From positions 15,860-79,859 of the forward strand of contig JBGSLH010000008.1 in the NCBI GenBank assembly GCA_041740795.1: 64,000 bases of DNA, given 5' to 3'. The stretch is from Minisyncoccia bacterium. GTDB lineage: Bacteria > Patescibacteriota > Minisyncoccia > Phycocordibacterales > JAACPR01. This document shows, piece by piece, positions 47,478-57,907 of this stretch (position 1 is the stretch's first letter; each line of letters starts with the position of its first letter). The translations under genes were made by a program, and so were the position numbers. Under the pieces are notes generated by a model, which worked only from the letters and a program-made list of their open reading frames with translations, was not told the origin of the DNA and did no database searches.

Positions 47478-49280
47478 ATGATCTTTTTTCTCATTTCAAT
47501 TTTGGCAGGACTCTTTACAGTAGTAGCACCTTGCATACTACCGTTACTTCCTATTGTGATTGGAGCGTCCGAAGAAGGTGAACGACGAGTGTCCAAGCGT
47601 GCGCTTATAATAATAGGATCGCTTTCGGTGTCCGTTATCCTGTTTACACTTCTCCTGAAGGCAACTACGTTCTTTATATCCATTCCTCAGGTATTTTGGA
47701 GTAGCTTCTCTGGGACAGTCATTATTCTTGTTGGGCTAGCTATCGTATTTCCATCGCTTTGGACCAAGGTACCGTTTGTACAAAAATTAAGCATAGTAAG
47801 TAACAAAGCAGTAGGTGTCGGATATCAAAAGAAAAACTATAAGGGAGATATGTTGATCGGACTGGCACTTGGTCCTGTGTTTACGACTTGTTCTCCAACA
47901 TACTTATTTATTATCGCCACAACATTACCAGCCAGCTTTATCGTCGGACTCATCTATCTTCTAGGATTCACTTTTGGTTTAGCTGTTGCACTTCTACTTA
48001 TTGCGTACTTTGGTCAGCAAATTATAAATAAGATCACCACACATATGCAAACAACGGGGACGGTCAAGAAAGTTTTTGGGGCACTTATCATCCTTGTTGG
48101 TATAGCGGTTCTGACTGGCTACGACAAAAAAATTGAGACTCTTATTTTGGATTCTGGATACGGAGCAACTATTCAACTAGAAGATTCCTTGATTGAGCGA
48201 TTTGCTCCTAAAAATGATTCTATGCAAGAAAAAAACACAATGAATAAAACATACGAAACTATCACGCTTGCAGGAGGATGCTTCTGGTGTACCGAAGCAT
48301 ACTTTCAAGAAGAAAAGGGGATCATTGATGCAGTTTCTGGATATGCTGGTGGAGATGAGTCGGATGCATCGTATCTCTCGGTTGCAAAAGGAACTACAAA
48401 GCATCGTGAAGCTGTGCAAGTAACCTATGATCCAAACATCATTTCTACAGAGAAAGTACTGGATATATATTGGTCACATATTGACCCGACGAATACACAA
48501 GGGCAATTTGCTGATAAGGGATTTCATTATACAAGTGCAATCTTCTATCAGAATGTAGAACAAGAAACAGTTGCTCGTGATGCCAAGATGCGTCTAGAAA
48601 AAAGTGGCGTTTTCACCAAACCAATTGCAACAGAAATACTTCCATTCACTACATTCTTCAAAGCCGAAGAATATCATCAAGACTATTACAAAAAAGCATC
48701 TGATCACTATGAACGATATAAGAAAGGTTCAGGTAGAGCAGGATTTGTAGAAGAAACATGGGCAAAGGATGCGGCGATACAGTTTTTGCAATCTGAGCAA
48801 ACAGAAACTATGGATAACAAAGAAGTGTCAAAAAAGAGTGACTACGATTATACTGAGGAAGAAATTGAGGAGATGTTAAAAAACCTAGATCCGTTGGCAT
48901 ATCATGTGGTTGCAGAGGGTGGTACTGAATCACCGTTCAATAATGCGTATTGGAACAACAAGGCTGATGGAATCTATGTCGACGTTGCAACAGGAAAACC
49001 TCTTTTTTCGAGTACTCACAAATATGATTCAGGTACCGGCTGGCCAAGCTTTTGGAGAACGATTGATGATGATTCAGTAACAATGCATGAAGATAAATCA
49101 CTCTCATCCACTCGCACAGAAATACGAAGTGATGCTGGACATGTCGGTCACGTTTTTGAAGACGGTCCAAAAGAAGAAGGTGGTCGACGTTTCTGTACCA
49201 ACTCTGCGTCACTGCGGTTTGTTCCAAAAGAAGAAATGACAAAGGAGGGTTATGAAGCATATCTCTACCTGTTCACTTAA
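47478..49280 (+). CDS. CcdA(DsbD-TM)-MsrA-MsrB fusion
   Basis: APCILP and FTTCSP (CcdA Cys pair), AGGCFWC, AEEYHQDYY (MsrA), DSGTGWPSF, HVGHVF, RFCTNS (MsrB). Confidence 0.92.
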   Translation: MIFFLISILAGLFTVVAPCILPLLPIVIGASEEGERRVSKRALIIIGSLSVSVILFTLLLKATTFFISIPQVFWSSFSGTVIILVGLAIVFPSLWTKVPFVQKLSIVSNKAVGVGYQKKNYKGDMLIGLALGPVFTTCSPTYLFIIATTLPASFIVGLIYLLGFTFGLAVALLLIAYFGQQIINKITTHMQTTGTVKKVFGALIILVGIAVLTGYDKKIETLILDSGYGATIQLEDSLIERFAPKNDSMQEKNTMNKTYETITLAGGCFWCTEAYFQEEKGIIDAVSGYAGGDESDASYLSVAKGTTKHREAVQVTYDPNIISTEKVLDIYWSHIDPTNTQGQFADKGFHYTSAIFYQNVEQETVARDAKMRLEKSGVFTKPIATEILPFTTFFKAEEYHQDYYKKASDHYERYKKGSGRAGFVEETWAKDAAIQFLQSEQTETMDNKEVSKKSDYDYTEEEIEEMLKNLDPLAYHVVAEGGTESPFNNAYWNNKADGIYVDVATGKPLFSSTHKYDSGTGWPSFWRTIDDDSVTMHEDKSLSSTRTEIRSDAGHVGHVFEDGPKEEGGRRFCTNSASLRFVPKEEMTKEGYEAYLYLFT

Positions 49281-49307
49281 TTGATATAATCTAATACATA
49301 AAAATAT

Positions 49308-49703
49308 ATGAATAATGACATGCCAAAAAATGAAGACGAGTTCAAGAAGAAGCTAACACCGAAGCAATACGAAGTTCTGCGGGAAAAGGGTACCGAAGCT
49401 CCTTTTTCTGGGAAACTTATTCATCCAGATAAAGACGGTTTTTATAAATGTGCTGCTTGCAGTAACCCGCTTTTTAAGGCAGAAGCAAAGTTCGATTCAG
49501 GTACTGGCTGGCCAAGCTTCGATGAAGCACTTCCAGGGGCTGTGAAGAATGTTTATGATTTTTCTCATGGAATGAGAAGAATTGAAACAGTTTGTGCTGT
49601 ATGTAATTCACATCTCGGACATCTCTTTGATGATGGTCCAACAGAAACAGGTAAAAGATATTGCATGAACTCAGTTTGTTTTGAAGATTTTGACGAAAAA
49701 TAA
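49308..49703 (+). CDS. msrB: peptide-methionine (R)-S-oxide reductase, Zn type
   Basis: GTEAPFSG, CAAC, DSGTGWPSF, CAVC, HLGHLF, RYCMNS. Confidence 0.95.
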   Translation: MNNDMPKNEDEFKKKLTPKQYEVLREKGTEAPFSGKLIHPDKDGFYKCAACSNPLFKAEAKFDSGTGWPSFDEALPGAVKNVYDFSHGMRRIETVCAVCNSHLGHLFDDGPTETGKRYCMNSVCFEDFDEK

Positions 49704-49750
49704 TATAAACAAAAAAGTGTCTCAGTTTGCAGTCTTAGTCGTTTTTAATT

Positions 49751-50317
49751 CTATTTCTTCATCCCCCAAGGACTTGCTTCAGGCAGGCGTTCTTTTTTTG
49801 AAAGCCTGAATTGGTAGAGTGAAAAGAGTATCGTTACGAGAGTGGCGATACCCTTGTAGACAATCCATTCTTCAGGAGGCAGGAACATTCGCACGACCTC
49901 ATTTGAAACTGCAAGGATTATAAACATGACTGCCCATCGAAGGGTGAGTATGGACCAGCCTTTTTCGGTCATGACAAAAAGATTTCCAAACAGGGGCTTG
50001 AGGAGTGGTTTTTTGAACAATAGGCCTGTCAAAAGTACTAATGCGAATATCCCATTGTAGAGAGTATCCTTTATTATGAGGAAAAACGGATTGTTCAGAA
50101 AAAAGGTGAGTAATCCTGAAACAATGATCGTCATTCCGACAATGAATGGGAACCACGCAAGTTTCTTTCGCTCCAAAAAACCTGCAACAAGCGCAACAAA
50201 AGTCGCCATGACAAAAATAAGGGTTGCCGGTATGAAGGAAGTCAGGCTGGACGCTACAAGGAAGACGATGATAGGTCCGAATTCGATACTTAAATTTAAA
50301 AAAAGTCTTAGTGGCAT
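49751..50317 (-). CDS. septation protein A (IspZ/YciB) family
   Basis: EFGPIIVF, FLIIKDT, GWSILTLRW, NEVVR. Confidence 0.85.
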   Translation of the reverse strand: MPLRLFLNLSIEFGPIIVFLVASSLTSFIPATLIFVMATFVALVAGFLERKKLAWFPFIVGMTIIVSGLLTFFLNNPFFLIIKDTLYNGIFALVLLTGLLFKKPLLKPLFGNLFVMTEKGWSILTLRWAVMFIILAVSNEVVRMFLPPEEWIVYKGIATLVTILFSLYQFRLSKKERLPEASPWGMKK

Positions 50318-50343
50318 TTGAAGCTTTATGATACCATTAATGC

Positions 50344-50739
50344 ATGAATATCATTACATATATATGTACGTTGATCGTACTTGCGATTTTTGACAGTGCG
50401 TGGCTTCTAAGTATGGGTGCCAAATATAAGTTGTGGCTTGGACACCTTTTTGCTCCGACAGTTAACTTTATTCCTGCTATAATTTTTTATCTGATATATA
50501 CAGCAGGAGTTGTATTTTTTGTTGTACTTCCTGCAATAAAAGGAGAACATTCTCTTTTGTGGACACTTGGTGTAGGATGTCTGTTCGGACTTGTTGCATA
50601 TGCGACGTATGATCTTACCAATAATGCAACTTTAAAAGATTGGCCTGTCTTTGTGACATTGATTGATATGATATGGGGCACAATTCTGACAGGACTTACT
50701 GCCGTAATTGTCGTTTTTTTAAGCAGATATTTCAAATAG
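50344..50739 (+). CDS. DUF2177-family membrane protein
   Basis: DSAWL, GLVAYATYDLTN.ATLKDWP, DMIWG. Confidence 0.88.
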   Translation: MNIITYICTLIVLAIFDSAWLLSMGAKYKLWLGHLFAPTVNFIPAIIFYLIYTAGVVFFVVLPAIKGEHSLLWTLGVGCLFGLVAYATYDLTNNATLKDWPVFVTLIDMIWGTILTGLTAVIVVFLSRYFK

Positions 50740-50740
50740 C

Positions 50741-51523
50741 ATGCTCGAAATCCTCCTTTCTTCAATCAATCTATCTTCGCTGATTATATTTGTGTACATG
50801 ACTCTTTGGTTTTTTGTCGCACAGATTCTCAAAAGAAACGATGTTGCTGATATTGCATGGGGTCTCGGATTTATCCTGATAGCATTTTGTCTATATATTC
50901 GTAATGGCATCTCAATTGACAGAGGACTTCTATCTTTGATTCTTGTGGTTGTCTGGGGAACAAGACTTTCTTACTATATTCTCAAGCGCAATATCCGTAA
51001 GCCGGAAGACAAGAGGTATGCCACATGGAGAATCGAGTGGGGCCGATGGTTTGTCTTACGATCGTATCTTCAGGTATTTCTTTTGCAGGGAATACTTCTT
51101 CTCTTGATTGTAACTCCTGTTAGCATTACGACTGTTTTGCGAGGAGGTCCGATAAATTTGTTAGACGTGCTGGGCATCTGCGTGTGGTTGTTTGGATTTT
51201 ATTTTGAATCTGTCGGTGATAAGCAACTCAAAAAATTTCTTGCGAATCCTGACAATAAAGGAAAGGTACTCGACACTGGACTTTGGAAGTATACGAGACA
51301 TCCGAATTATTTTGGAGAGGTGACACAGTGGTGGGGATTGTGGATTATTGCGCTCTCAGTTCCATATGGATTTTTTGGAATTATTGGTCCTCTCACTATT
51401 ACATTTCTCATTCTCAAGGTTTCTGGCGTACCAATGCTTGAAAAAGGGATGGCAATGAATCCGCTTTTTGATGAGTATCGAAAAAAAACCAGTGTGTTTA
51501 TTCCTTTGCCACCAAAATCATAA
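50741..51523 (+). CDS. DUF1295-family (steroid 5-alpha-reductase-like) membrane protein
   Basis: DIAWGLGF, EDKRY, GLWKYTRHPNYFGE, SGVPMLE. Confidence 0.9.
   Translation: MLEILLSSINLSSLIIFVYMTLWFFVAQILKRNDVADIAWGLGFILIAFCLYIRNGISIDRGLLSLILVVVWGTRLSYYILKRNIRKPEDKRYATWRIEWGRWFVLRSYLQVFLLQGILLLLIVTPVSITTVLRGGPINLLDVLGICVWLFGFYFESVGDKQLKKFLANPDNKGKVLDTGLWKYTRHPNYFGEVTQWWGLWIIALSVPYGFFGIIGPLTITFLILKVSGVPMLEKGMAMNPLFDEYRKKTSVFIPLPPKS
51467..51510 (+). repeat. 44-bp direct repeat, copy 1
   Basis: TTTGATGAGTATCGAAAAAAAACCAGTGTGTTTATTCCTTTGCC identical to 53492-53535. Confidence 0.9.
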
Positions 51524-51610
51524 TTACGAAGTTGATGATTTGAAAGTTTTAAAAGTTGCTTCAACTTTAGATTACTTAATCAAATATTTTTTTCGTGATA
51601 ATATATTTTT

Positions 51611-51979
51611 ATGATAAAAGAAATTGCATTCGTTGGTTATCCAACAAAAAATATGAAGAACGCACGTGAGTTTTATGAAAGAATCCTTGGTCTTATCCCG
51701 AGTAATGAGTTTGGTCCTGTTACAGATGAATCCGAATTTGTAGAATATGCTATAGGTTCAGGAACTTTTTCTCTTGGCTGTATGCCAGAATGGAAACCCT
51801 CAAAAGATGGACCTTCTGTTGCATTCGAAATGGAAAATTTTGAAGATGCAATCATTAAGCTTAAAGAGAAGAGTGTTACTTTTACTACGGAACAAATTGA
51901 TACTCCTGTCTGCAACATGGCTATTGTGCTTGATCCAGATGGAAATTCAGTTCTGATACACAAACGAAAGAATACATAG
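51611..51979 (+). CDS. VOC/glyoxalase-family protein
   Basis: AREFYERILGL, VAFE, DPDGN. Confidence 0.9.
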   Translation: MIKEIAFVGYPTKNMKNAREFYERILGLIPSNEFGPVTDESEFVEYAIGSGTFSLGCMPEWKPSKDGPSVAFEMENFEDAIIKLKEKSVTFTTEQIDTPVCNMAIVLDPDGNSVLIHKRKNT

Positions 51980-52205
51980 TATTTCATAAATTATCTTTCT
52001 TGCTCATATTTGCCACCAGACTCTCTGTGTGTTATTTTTATGAAATCTAATCTACAGCCATGTTAATAAATATGTACACACAAACTTGGTCTAGTTTTAC
52101 ACAAGATTTTCTTAAATAGGGAAGGGTTTTAGTCTTTATACACTACATACTAAACCGCTTCTCTTTTAGCGGTTTTTACGTTTATAAAATAAAAAAACTA
52201 ATAAC

Positions 52206-53480
52206 ATGAATAATTTTGAACAATACTATAATGCCATCAATTTTCTTGAAGGATTATCCAACTTACCTTTGAAGGGTGACTACATAATCAATCGACAACA
52301 TACAGACGTATACCTTAAGCGTATGAGATATTTTTTGAATCTCATCGGGAATCCTGATAGAGGAATAAAGTATATTCACATTACTGGAACAGCTGGAAAA
52401 GGTACGGTTACTAACATGCTCCATGAAATATTTCACGTTTCAGGTAAGAATGTTGGGTCATTTACTTCACCGTTCGTTACGACATCAATCGAAAAGATAA
52501 AAGTAAAGGATGTATATATTGCCCCCGATGAATTGGCAGATATTGTCGAGTACCTCAAACCCTTTATAGATAAAGCTTATTTAGAGGGTCCATATGGTAG
52601 GCCGTCATATTTTGAAATATTTTTGGCGATTGCGTTCATATATTTTAAACAGAAAAAATGTGAATGGGTTGTACTTGAAGTCGGTTTGGGTGGCAGGTAC
52701 GATGCAACAAATGTTATTGAAAATCCAGTTGTCACTGCAATTACTACTATTGATTATGATCACACGCAGGTTCTTGGAAAAACTTTGAAAAAAATTGCGT
52801 ACGACAAGGCGGGAATAATTAAAAAGAACTCTTTGTTTTTTACGGCAGAACAACGACCGTCACTTCTTAAAATATTTTCTGAGAAATGTGGAGTACGGAA
52901 AGTACAAATGATTCAGATTCCAAAACAAGAAAATTATCAGGAATATAACAAAGCGTTAGTTTCTGCGATTGCAGAGAGTCTAGGAATATCAACTTCATTT
53001 ATTAAAAAAGGAATCAACAATGCTCGTTTGCAATGTCGATTCGAAATCATTCAACAGAAACCACTTGTTGTTTTGGATGGTGCACACAATAGATCAAAGA
53101 TTCGAAGCACAATAGCCAATTTGAAAAAATTAACATTCAATAAACTCCATCTCATTATTGGTATAGCTGAAAACAAAGACGAGACTCTTATTCTTAATCA
53201 GATTGTTCCATGTGCCGATAAAATATACTTAACAAGATTCCAAATTAAAGAGAGAAAATGTGCTCATCCAAAAGAATTGATGAAAAGATCTAAGAAATAT
53301 TCCAAAAAGTCTGCTCAGATAGAGATTTTCCTTGATGCTACTCAGGCTCTCGATAAAGCTCTATCTGAAGCAAAAGATGACGATCTTGTGCTTGTGGTAG
53401 GTTCGTTCTTTTTGGCTGGAGAATTGAGAAAGAAATGGGTTTCTGAAAAAAGAATACTTGAAAAAAGAAAGAGTTTTTGA
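52206..53480 (+). CDS. folC: folylpolyglutamate synthase/dihydrofolate synthase
   Basis: IHITGTAGKG, FTSP, LEVGLGGRYDATN, DHTQVLG, LDGAHN, GSFFL. Confidence 0.92.
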   Translation: MNNFEQYYNAINFLEGLSNLPLKGDYIINRQHTDVYLKRMRYFLNLIGNPDRGIKYIHITGTAGKGTVTNMLHEIFHVSGKNVGSFTSPFVTTSIEKIKVKDVYIAPDELADIVEYLKPFIDKAYLEGPYGRPSYFEIFLAIAFIYFKQKKCEWVVLEVGLGGRYDATNVIENPVVTAITTIDYDHTQVLGKTLKKIAYDKAGIIKKNSLFFTAEQRPSLLKIFSEKCGVRKVQMIQIPKQENYQEYNKALVSAIAESLGISTSFIKKGINNARLQCRFEIIQQKPLVVLDGAHNRSKIRSTIANLKKLTFNKLHLIIGIAENKDETLILNQIVPCADKIYLTRFQIKERKCAHPKELMKRSKKYSKKSAQIEIFLDATQALDKALSEAKDDDLVLVVGSFFLAGELRKKWVSEKRILEKRKSF

Positions 53481-53491
53481 CGTATGATTCA

Positions 53492-53535
53492 TTTGATGAG
53501 TATCGAAAAAAAACCAGTGTGTTTATTCCTTTGCC
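53492..53535 (+). repeat. 44-bp direct repeat, copy 2 (orphan DUF1295 3' end)
   Basis: Identical to 51467-51510, continues in frame to PRK-stop. Confidence 0.9.
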
Positions 53536-53598
53536 TAGAAAGTAGTTCATCAGAGTTTCTTGGTTCTCGAACATCTCTATTTTTGCTATACTTTACCC

Positions 53599-53805
53599 AT
53601 GGAAATCACTAATCACAAAAAATTATACAGAAGTACTACAGACAAGAAGCTTGCAGGTATCTGTGGAGGAATCGCAGAGTATTTTGACATAGACAGTACA
53701 CTGCTTCGGCTTATCTGGGTGCTTGTCGTGATATTCTCTGGAATATTTCCAGGCGTTTTGGTATATATTCTTGCAATATTTATTGTGCCCGTAAAATCTA
53801 AGTAG
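53599..53805 (+). CDS. PspC-domain protein
   Basis: [26 protein letters not shown]. Confidence 0.9.
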   Translation: MEITNHKKLYRSTTDKKLAGICGGIAEYFDIDSTLLRLIWVLVVIFSGIFPGVLVYILAIFIVPVKSK

Positions 53806-53833
53806 TTCTGAGTTGGCTTGAACTTTCTAACAT

Positions 53834-54289
53834 ATGACTCACGAAGAATTTTTCAATGAGGCGGAAAAAGAAGCAAGGAGAGCAATGTGCCTGCGAGACA
53901 AGTGCGGAGCAATTGTCGTTCGTGATGGTGTAATAATCGGGCGGGGAAGCAATGGTCCTGCTGGGAATGTTGCTCAAAATCGAAAATGCGAACTTGATCT
54001 CCGTGATTCTCCAAAACCTAAGTCGGACAGGACATGCTGTGTTCATGCAGAATGGAGAGCAATCATCAGTGCTGTTGCGTATGCAAAAGATATTACGGGA
54101 AGTACTCTGTACTTCACTCGTGTGGATCTTGAGGGGAACATGCTCAAGTCGGGACAACCGTATTGTACCGTCTGCAGTCGTCTCGCATCAGATAACGGAG
54201 TTGCATACTTCGCCCTGTGGCATGATGACGGAATAAAAATATACGAGACAGGAGAATACAACGAGTTGTCGTATAATTTTCATATTTGA
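53834..54289 (+). CDS. cytidine/dCMP deaminase family protein
   Basis: CGAIVV, VHAEW, PYCTVC. Confidence 0.85.
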   Translation: MTHEEFFNEAEKEARRAMCLRDKCGAIVVRDGVIIGRGSNGPAGNVAQNRKCELDLRDSPKPKSDRTCCVHAEWRAIISAVAYAKDITGSTLYFTRVDLEGNMLKSGQPYCTVCSRLASDNGVAYFALWHDDGIKIYETGEYNELSYNFHI

Positions 54290-54370
54290 TATTTCTCTTA
54301 TTTTGTGACATATTGAGCTCGGACAAACCGGTCCTTTTCAACATCAAACTAGAAAGGTCAATAATCTATT

Positions 54371-55525
54371 ATGAGTGATCCATACGCTGAATCTGGTGTT
54401 AATGTGTCAGTTGGTGATGCATTCAGTGCGTATTGTGGAGGGGTGTGTCGTCAAAGCCACAGCAACTCTCAATTCGTGAAAGTCCACGATATGTCCAAGG
54501 GACATTTTCGTGGTCCTCGTGGGTTCTCTCTTCAGAACCTTCCTCCGGACTGTATTTTGACCGCCGGGAGCGACGGTATCGGTACAAAAACAATCATCAG
54601 TAGCAGTGCTAATGATTATTCACATTCCGCATACGATTTGCTTGCGATGGTCGGTGGAGACTTTACTCGCTATGGAGGATTGCCTCTCGTGTTCGTAAAT
54701 CATCTGGACCTAAAAACTCTAGGTAACAGTATCAATCATCCTGCATACCTGTCTGCGCTTTGCCTTATGGATGGACTGTCTCTTGGTGCAAAAAGCCAAG
54801 GATATGTACTTCTTGGAGGCGAGACAGCCGAACTCAATGATTGTGTCACGTCCGAAAATCTTGACGCAATTCTCCAGTACAACTGGGGAGGTGTCATGAT
54901 GGGTGTGTACCATCCTGAGAAGATGATTACGGGCGAACAAGTGAAGTCAGGCGATCGAGTGATCGCACTGCGTGAAAACGGCCCTCGTTCAAACGGAATT
55001 AGTTTGCTTCGCAAAGGCCTTCGTACAAAATACGGTCCGAAGTGGTACAAAGGAGAAACCGCAGATGCTGTGCTCGCTATTGAGGCAGCTGCCGCTCCTT
55101 CCGTTCTTTACGACAAGTTTCTTGCCAAGATGAATGGTTGGGGAAGTGCAGATTTTGAACCGATAGTTCGGGTCAAGCTTATTGCCCATCTCAGCGGTGG
55201 TGGAATCCCAGACAAATTCGGAGAAGATCTCCTCTTTCCTCTCGGTTATTCTGCAACCCTGAACAATTTGTGGGAACCCCCAGCAGTCATCCGTGAATGC
55301 GCACAGACTCTCGGACTTTCCGACGCAACATGCTACAAAACATGGAGTGCCGGACAAGGCGTTCTCGCTGTGGTGAGTGAGGGTGATGTCGAGAAATTCA
55401 TTGCCTGTGCCAATGAGCACGCTATTGCTGCTCGTGATGCGGGGTATATTTGTGAGACTTCCTCTGGAGCGGTTCCATCTATCGAAATTCTGTCTGGCTT
55501 CACGGGGAAATTCGTTTCCTTCTAA
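54371..55525 (+). CDS. AIR synthase (PurM)-like protein
   Basis: YAESGVN, DGIGTK, GGETAEL, GPRSNG, AHLSGGG. Confidence 0.85.
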   Translation: MSDPYAESGVNVSVGDAFSAYCGGVCRQSHSNSQFVKVHDMSKGHFRGPRGFSLQNLPPDCILTAGSDGIGTKTIISSSANDYSHSAYDLLAMVGGDFTRYGGLPLVFVNHLDLKTLGNSINHPAYLSALCLMDGLSLGAKSQGYVLLGGETAELNDCVTSENLDAILQYNWGGVMMGVYHPEKMITGEQVKSGDRVIALRENGPRSNGISLLRKGLRTKYGPKWYKGETADAVLAIEAAAAPSVLYDKFLAKMNGWGSADFEPIVRVKLIAHLSGGGIPDKFGEDLLFPLGYSATLNNLWEPPAVIRECAQTLGLSDATCYKTWSAGQGVLAVVSEGDVEKFIACANEHAIAARDAGYICETSSGAVPSIEILSGFTGKFVSF

Positions 55526-55547
55526 GTTGGTTTTGATTCTCAAACAC

Positions 55548-55585
55548 AACCAGCAGGCGCGTACGCGCCTGCTGGTTTTCTTTTT
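55548..55585 (+). terminator. intrinsic terminator
   Basis: AACCAGCAGGCGCGTACGCGCCTGCTGGTT followed by T-tract. Confidence 0.75.
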
Positions 55586-55655
55586 ATAAACATATTTGTG
55601 CCGTATTATTTAGATGCTATACTTAATTCACTTATCAATTAATTTCATAACACGT

Positions 55656-55871
55656 ATGAAAAAAATGACATGTGCACAGATGGGTGGAATGTGTGAAGCG
55701 GAAGTCATGGGAGCGACACCTGACGAGATGATGGCAAACGGAATGAATCATCTTGAAGAATCACATCCTGAAATGGCCGCAAGCATACATTCGATGGCGG
55801 AAGATGATCCGATGATGGTTGCATGGAACGAGAAGTTCACGAAGGACTTCGAAGCTGCTCCTGAGATGTAA
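55656..55871 (+). CDS. DUF1059-like small Met-rich protein
   Basis: MKKMTCAQMGGMC...GMNHLEESH. Confidence 0.75.
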   Translation: MKKMTCAQMGGMCEAEVMGATPDEMMANGMNHLEESHPEMAASIHSMAEDDPMMVAWNEKFTKDFEAAPEM

Positions 55872-55948
55872 ATTCAAAAAACACCCGAAAGGGTGTTTTT
55901 TCATTGCTTGCTTTATGGGTGCTATTTTTATGAGGTATACTGTCCTAT

Positions 55949-57733
55949 ATGGAACCAAGTGAAAAGCTAAGTAAAGAAAATATTTCAACAGGTATAAAAG
56001 TACTGTGGAAATATATTAGTCAGTATAGAAAAGAGATTGCGCTCCTTAGTGTTATGGGTATTTTTTCTGCAATCGGTAATGGAATCGTACCGTATATCGT
56101 CGGTAAGTTTTTTGATAGTATCGCAAGCACTGAAAATATATCTATCTTTTGGTACGTAGTTCCTCTGTATATTTTTCTTATAATTATCTGGTCAATCATA
56201 CAGTTGATCACCTATATTCTCGATTGGAGAATAAACATTCTGAGTGAAAAGTTTTCTAATGTCATTTGGCTTGATTATTTGAGTAAAGGATTTGGGTATC
56301 TTTTGCTTTTGCCTGTATCATTTCACAAGACAAATAAAATTGGAGAAATCAGTAATAAAATTAATATCGCAGCTAATGCATTAGAAACTATCGCAGGTCG
56401 AATAATCATTGATCTCAGTCCACAGATATTAAGTATTGTCATTGCATTTGTGGTGACATTCTACCTACAACCTGTATTAGCATTAGTACTGCTTTTGGGA
56501 GTTATTATCTATATCTTTATTTTTTCAAACAAAATTCAACACACTGCGACATATCAGAAAGAGTATTGGGATGTTCTTAATTTTGTCTTTGGTGAATCAT
56601 ACGATGTGGTTGGTAATGCTCTTGCGATCAAACAAGCAGCTGCAGAGGAATATGAAATAGAAAGACTTTCCACTAAGATGAAAAGCGCCGTACCACTATG
56701 GATGCGTCTGACTAATCTGTGGGGAAGTTTGAATCTCTATCAACGGATGACAATTCTCGCTACGCAAATAATCATTTTTAGTATGTCCGTGTATTTCATT
56801 AGACAAGGAACAATGTCTATTGGAGAATTGATTGCTTTCAATACTTATGCGTCAATGGTTTTTGGTCCGTTTACAATCATTGCTCGTAATTGGCAGACTA
56901 TTCAAAATGGTATTGTAAATATTCAAGAAACAGAAAAGATATTACAGCTTGAAACTGAGTTGTATGAAGGTAAGGATGCAAAACAAATCGAGTTGCAGGG
57001 CAATATTGATTTCAAGAATGTATTTTTTCAATATGAAGAAGGAAAGAAAATTTTGGAAGACATATCATTTTCAGTTAAGGCAGGTCAACTTGTTGCATTG
57101 GTAGGAGAGTCAGGAGTAGGTAAGAGTACACTGATTGATCTTATTTCTGCATATCACTTTGCGAACAAAGGAGAAGTGAAGATTGATGGATATGATATAC
57201 AAGATATTCAATTGAAAAAACTCCGTCAGCAAATTGCTGTTGTCCCACAGGAAGTAGTGTTGTTCAACGATACAATTATGATGAACATCAAATATGGAAA
57301 TTTTAATGCGACTGACGAGGAAGTCCGTGCCGCTGCCAAAAAAGCACACGCACTTGATTTTATTGAAAAATTTCCGGATAAATGGAATCAGATTGTGGGT
57401 GAACGAGGTGTAAAACTTTCTGTAGGTCAAAAACAACGAGTTGCTATTGCTCGTGCTATTTTACGTAATCCACGAATTCTTATTCTCGATGAACCTACCT
57501 CAGCTCTTGATGCTGGTTCAGAAAAGATTATTACCGAATCTCTCGATGAATTGATGACAGGTAAGACGACATTTATTATCGCTCATCGATTAAGTACTGT
57601 ACGAAAAGCGAACATCATTCTGGTATTCAAGGATGGTCGGATTATCGAATCTGGAACTCATGACGAATTACTGACACTTGCAAGTGGAGAATATCGAAGA
57701 TTGTACGAATTACAAATCGGATTACATAGCTAA
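55949..57733 (+). CDS. ABC exporter, permease + ATPase
   Basis: TM domain, GESGVGKST, LSVGQKQR, ILDEPTS, IAHRLST. Confidence 0.95.
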   Translation: MEPSEKLSKENISTGIKVLWKYISQYRKEIALLSVMGIFSAIGNGIVPYIVGKFFDSIASTENISIFWYVVPLYIFLIIIWSIIQLITYILDWRINILSEKFSNVIWLDYLSKGFGYLLLLPVSFHKTNKIGEISNKINIAANALETIAGRIIIDLSPQILSIVIAFVVTFYLQPVLALVLLLGVIIYIFIFSNKIQHTATYQKEYWDVLNFVFGESYDVVGNALAIKQAAAEEYEIERLSTKMKSAVPLWMRLTNLWGSLNLYQRMTILATQIIIFSMSVYFIRQGTMSIGELIAFNTYASMVFGPFTIIARNWQTIQNGIVNIQETEKILQLETELYEGKDAKQIELQGNIDFKNVFFQYEEGKKILEDISFSVKAGQLVALVGESGVGKSTLIDLISAYHFANKGEVKIDGYDIQDIQLKKLRQQIAVVPQEVVLFNDTIMMNIKYGNFNATDEEVRAAAKKAHALDFIEKFPDKWNQIVGERGVKLSVGQKQRVAIARAILRNPRILILDEPTSALDAGSEKIITESLDELMTGKTTFIIAHRLSTVRKANIILVFKDGRIIESGTHDELLTLASGEYRRLYELQIGLHS

Positions 57734-57907
57734 TTCAATTTCTGTATCATATGGAGCATTGTGTAATATTTAACTGGTATTTTTTGTTCGTTTGATTTAA
57801 TCCCTTATTTTGGTAAGGTGACTCCTAAGAGTCGTTCTTCGACAAACATGAATGTCATTTGACTTCATAATCAAACTCAAATCAAACACAGAAAGGAACA
57901 ACACAAC

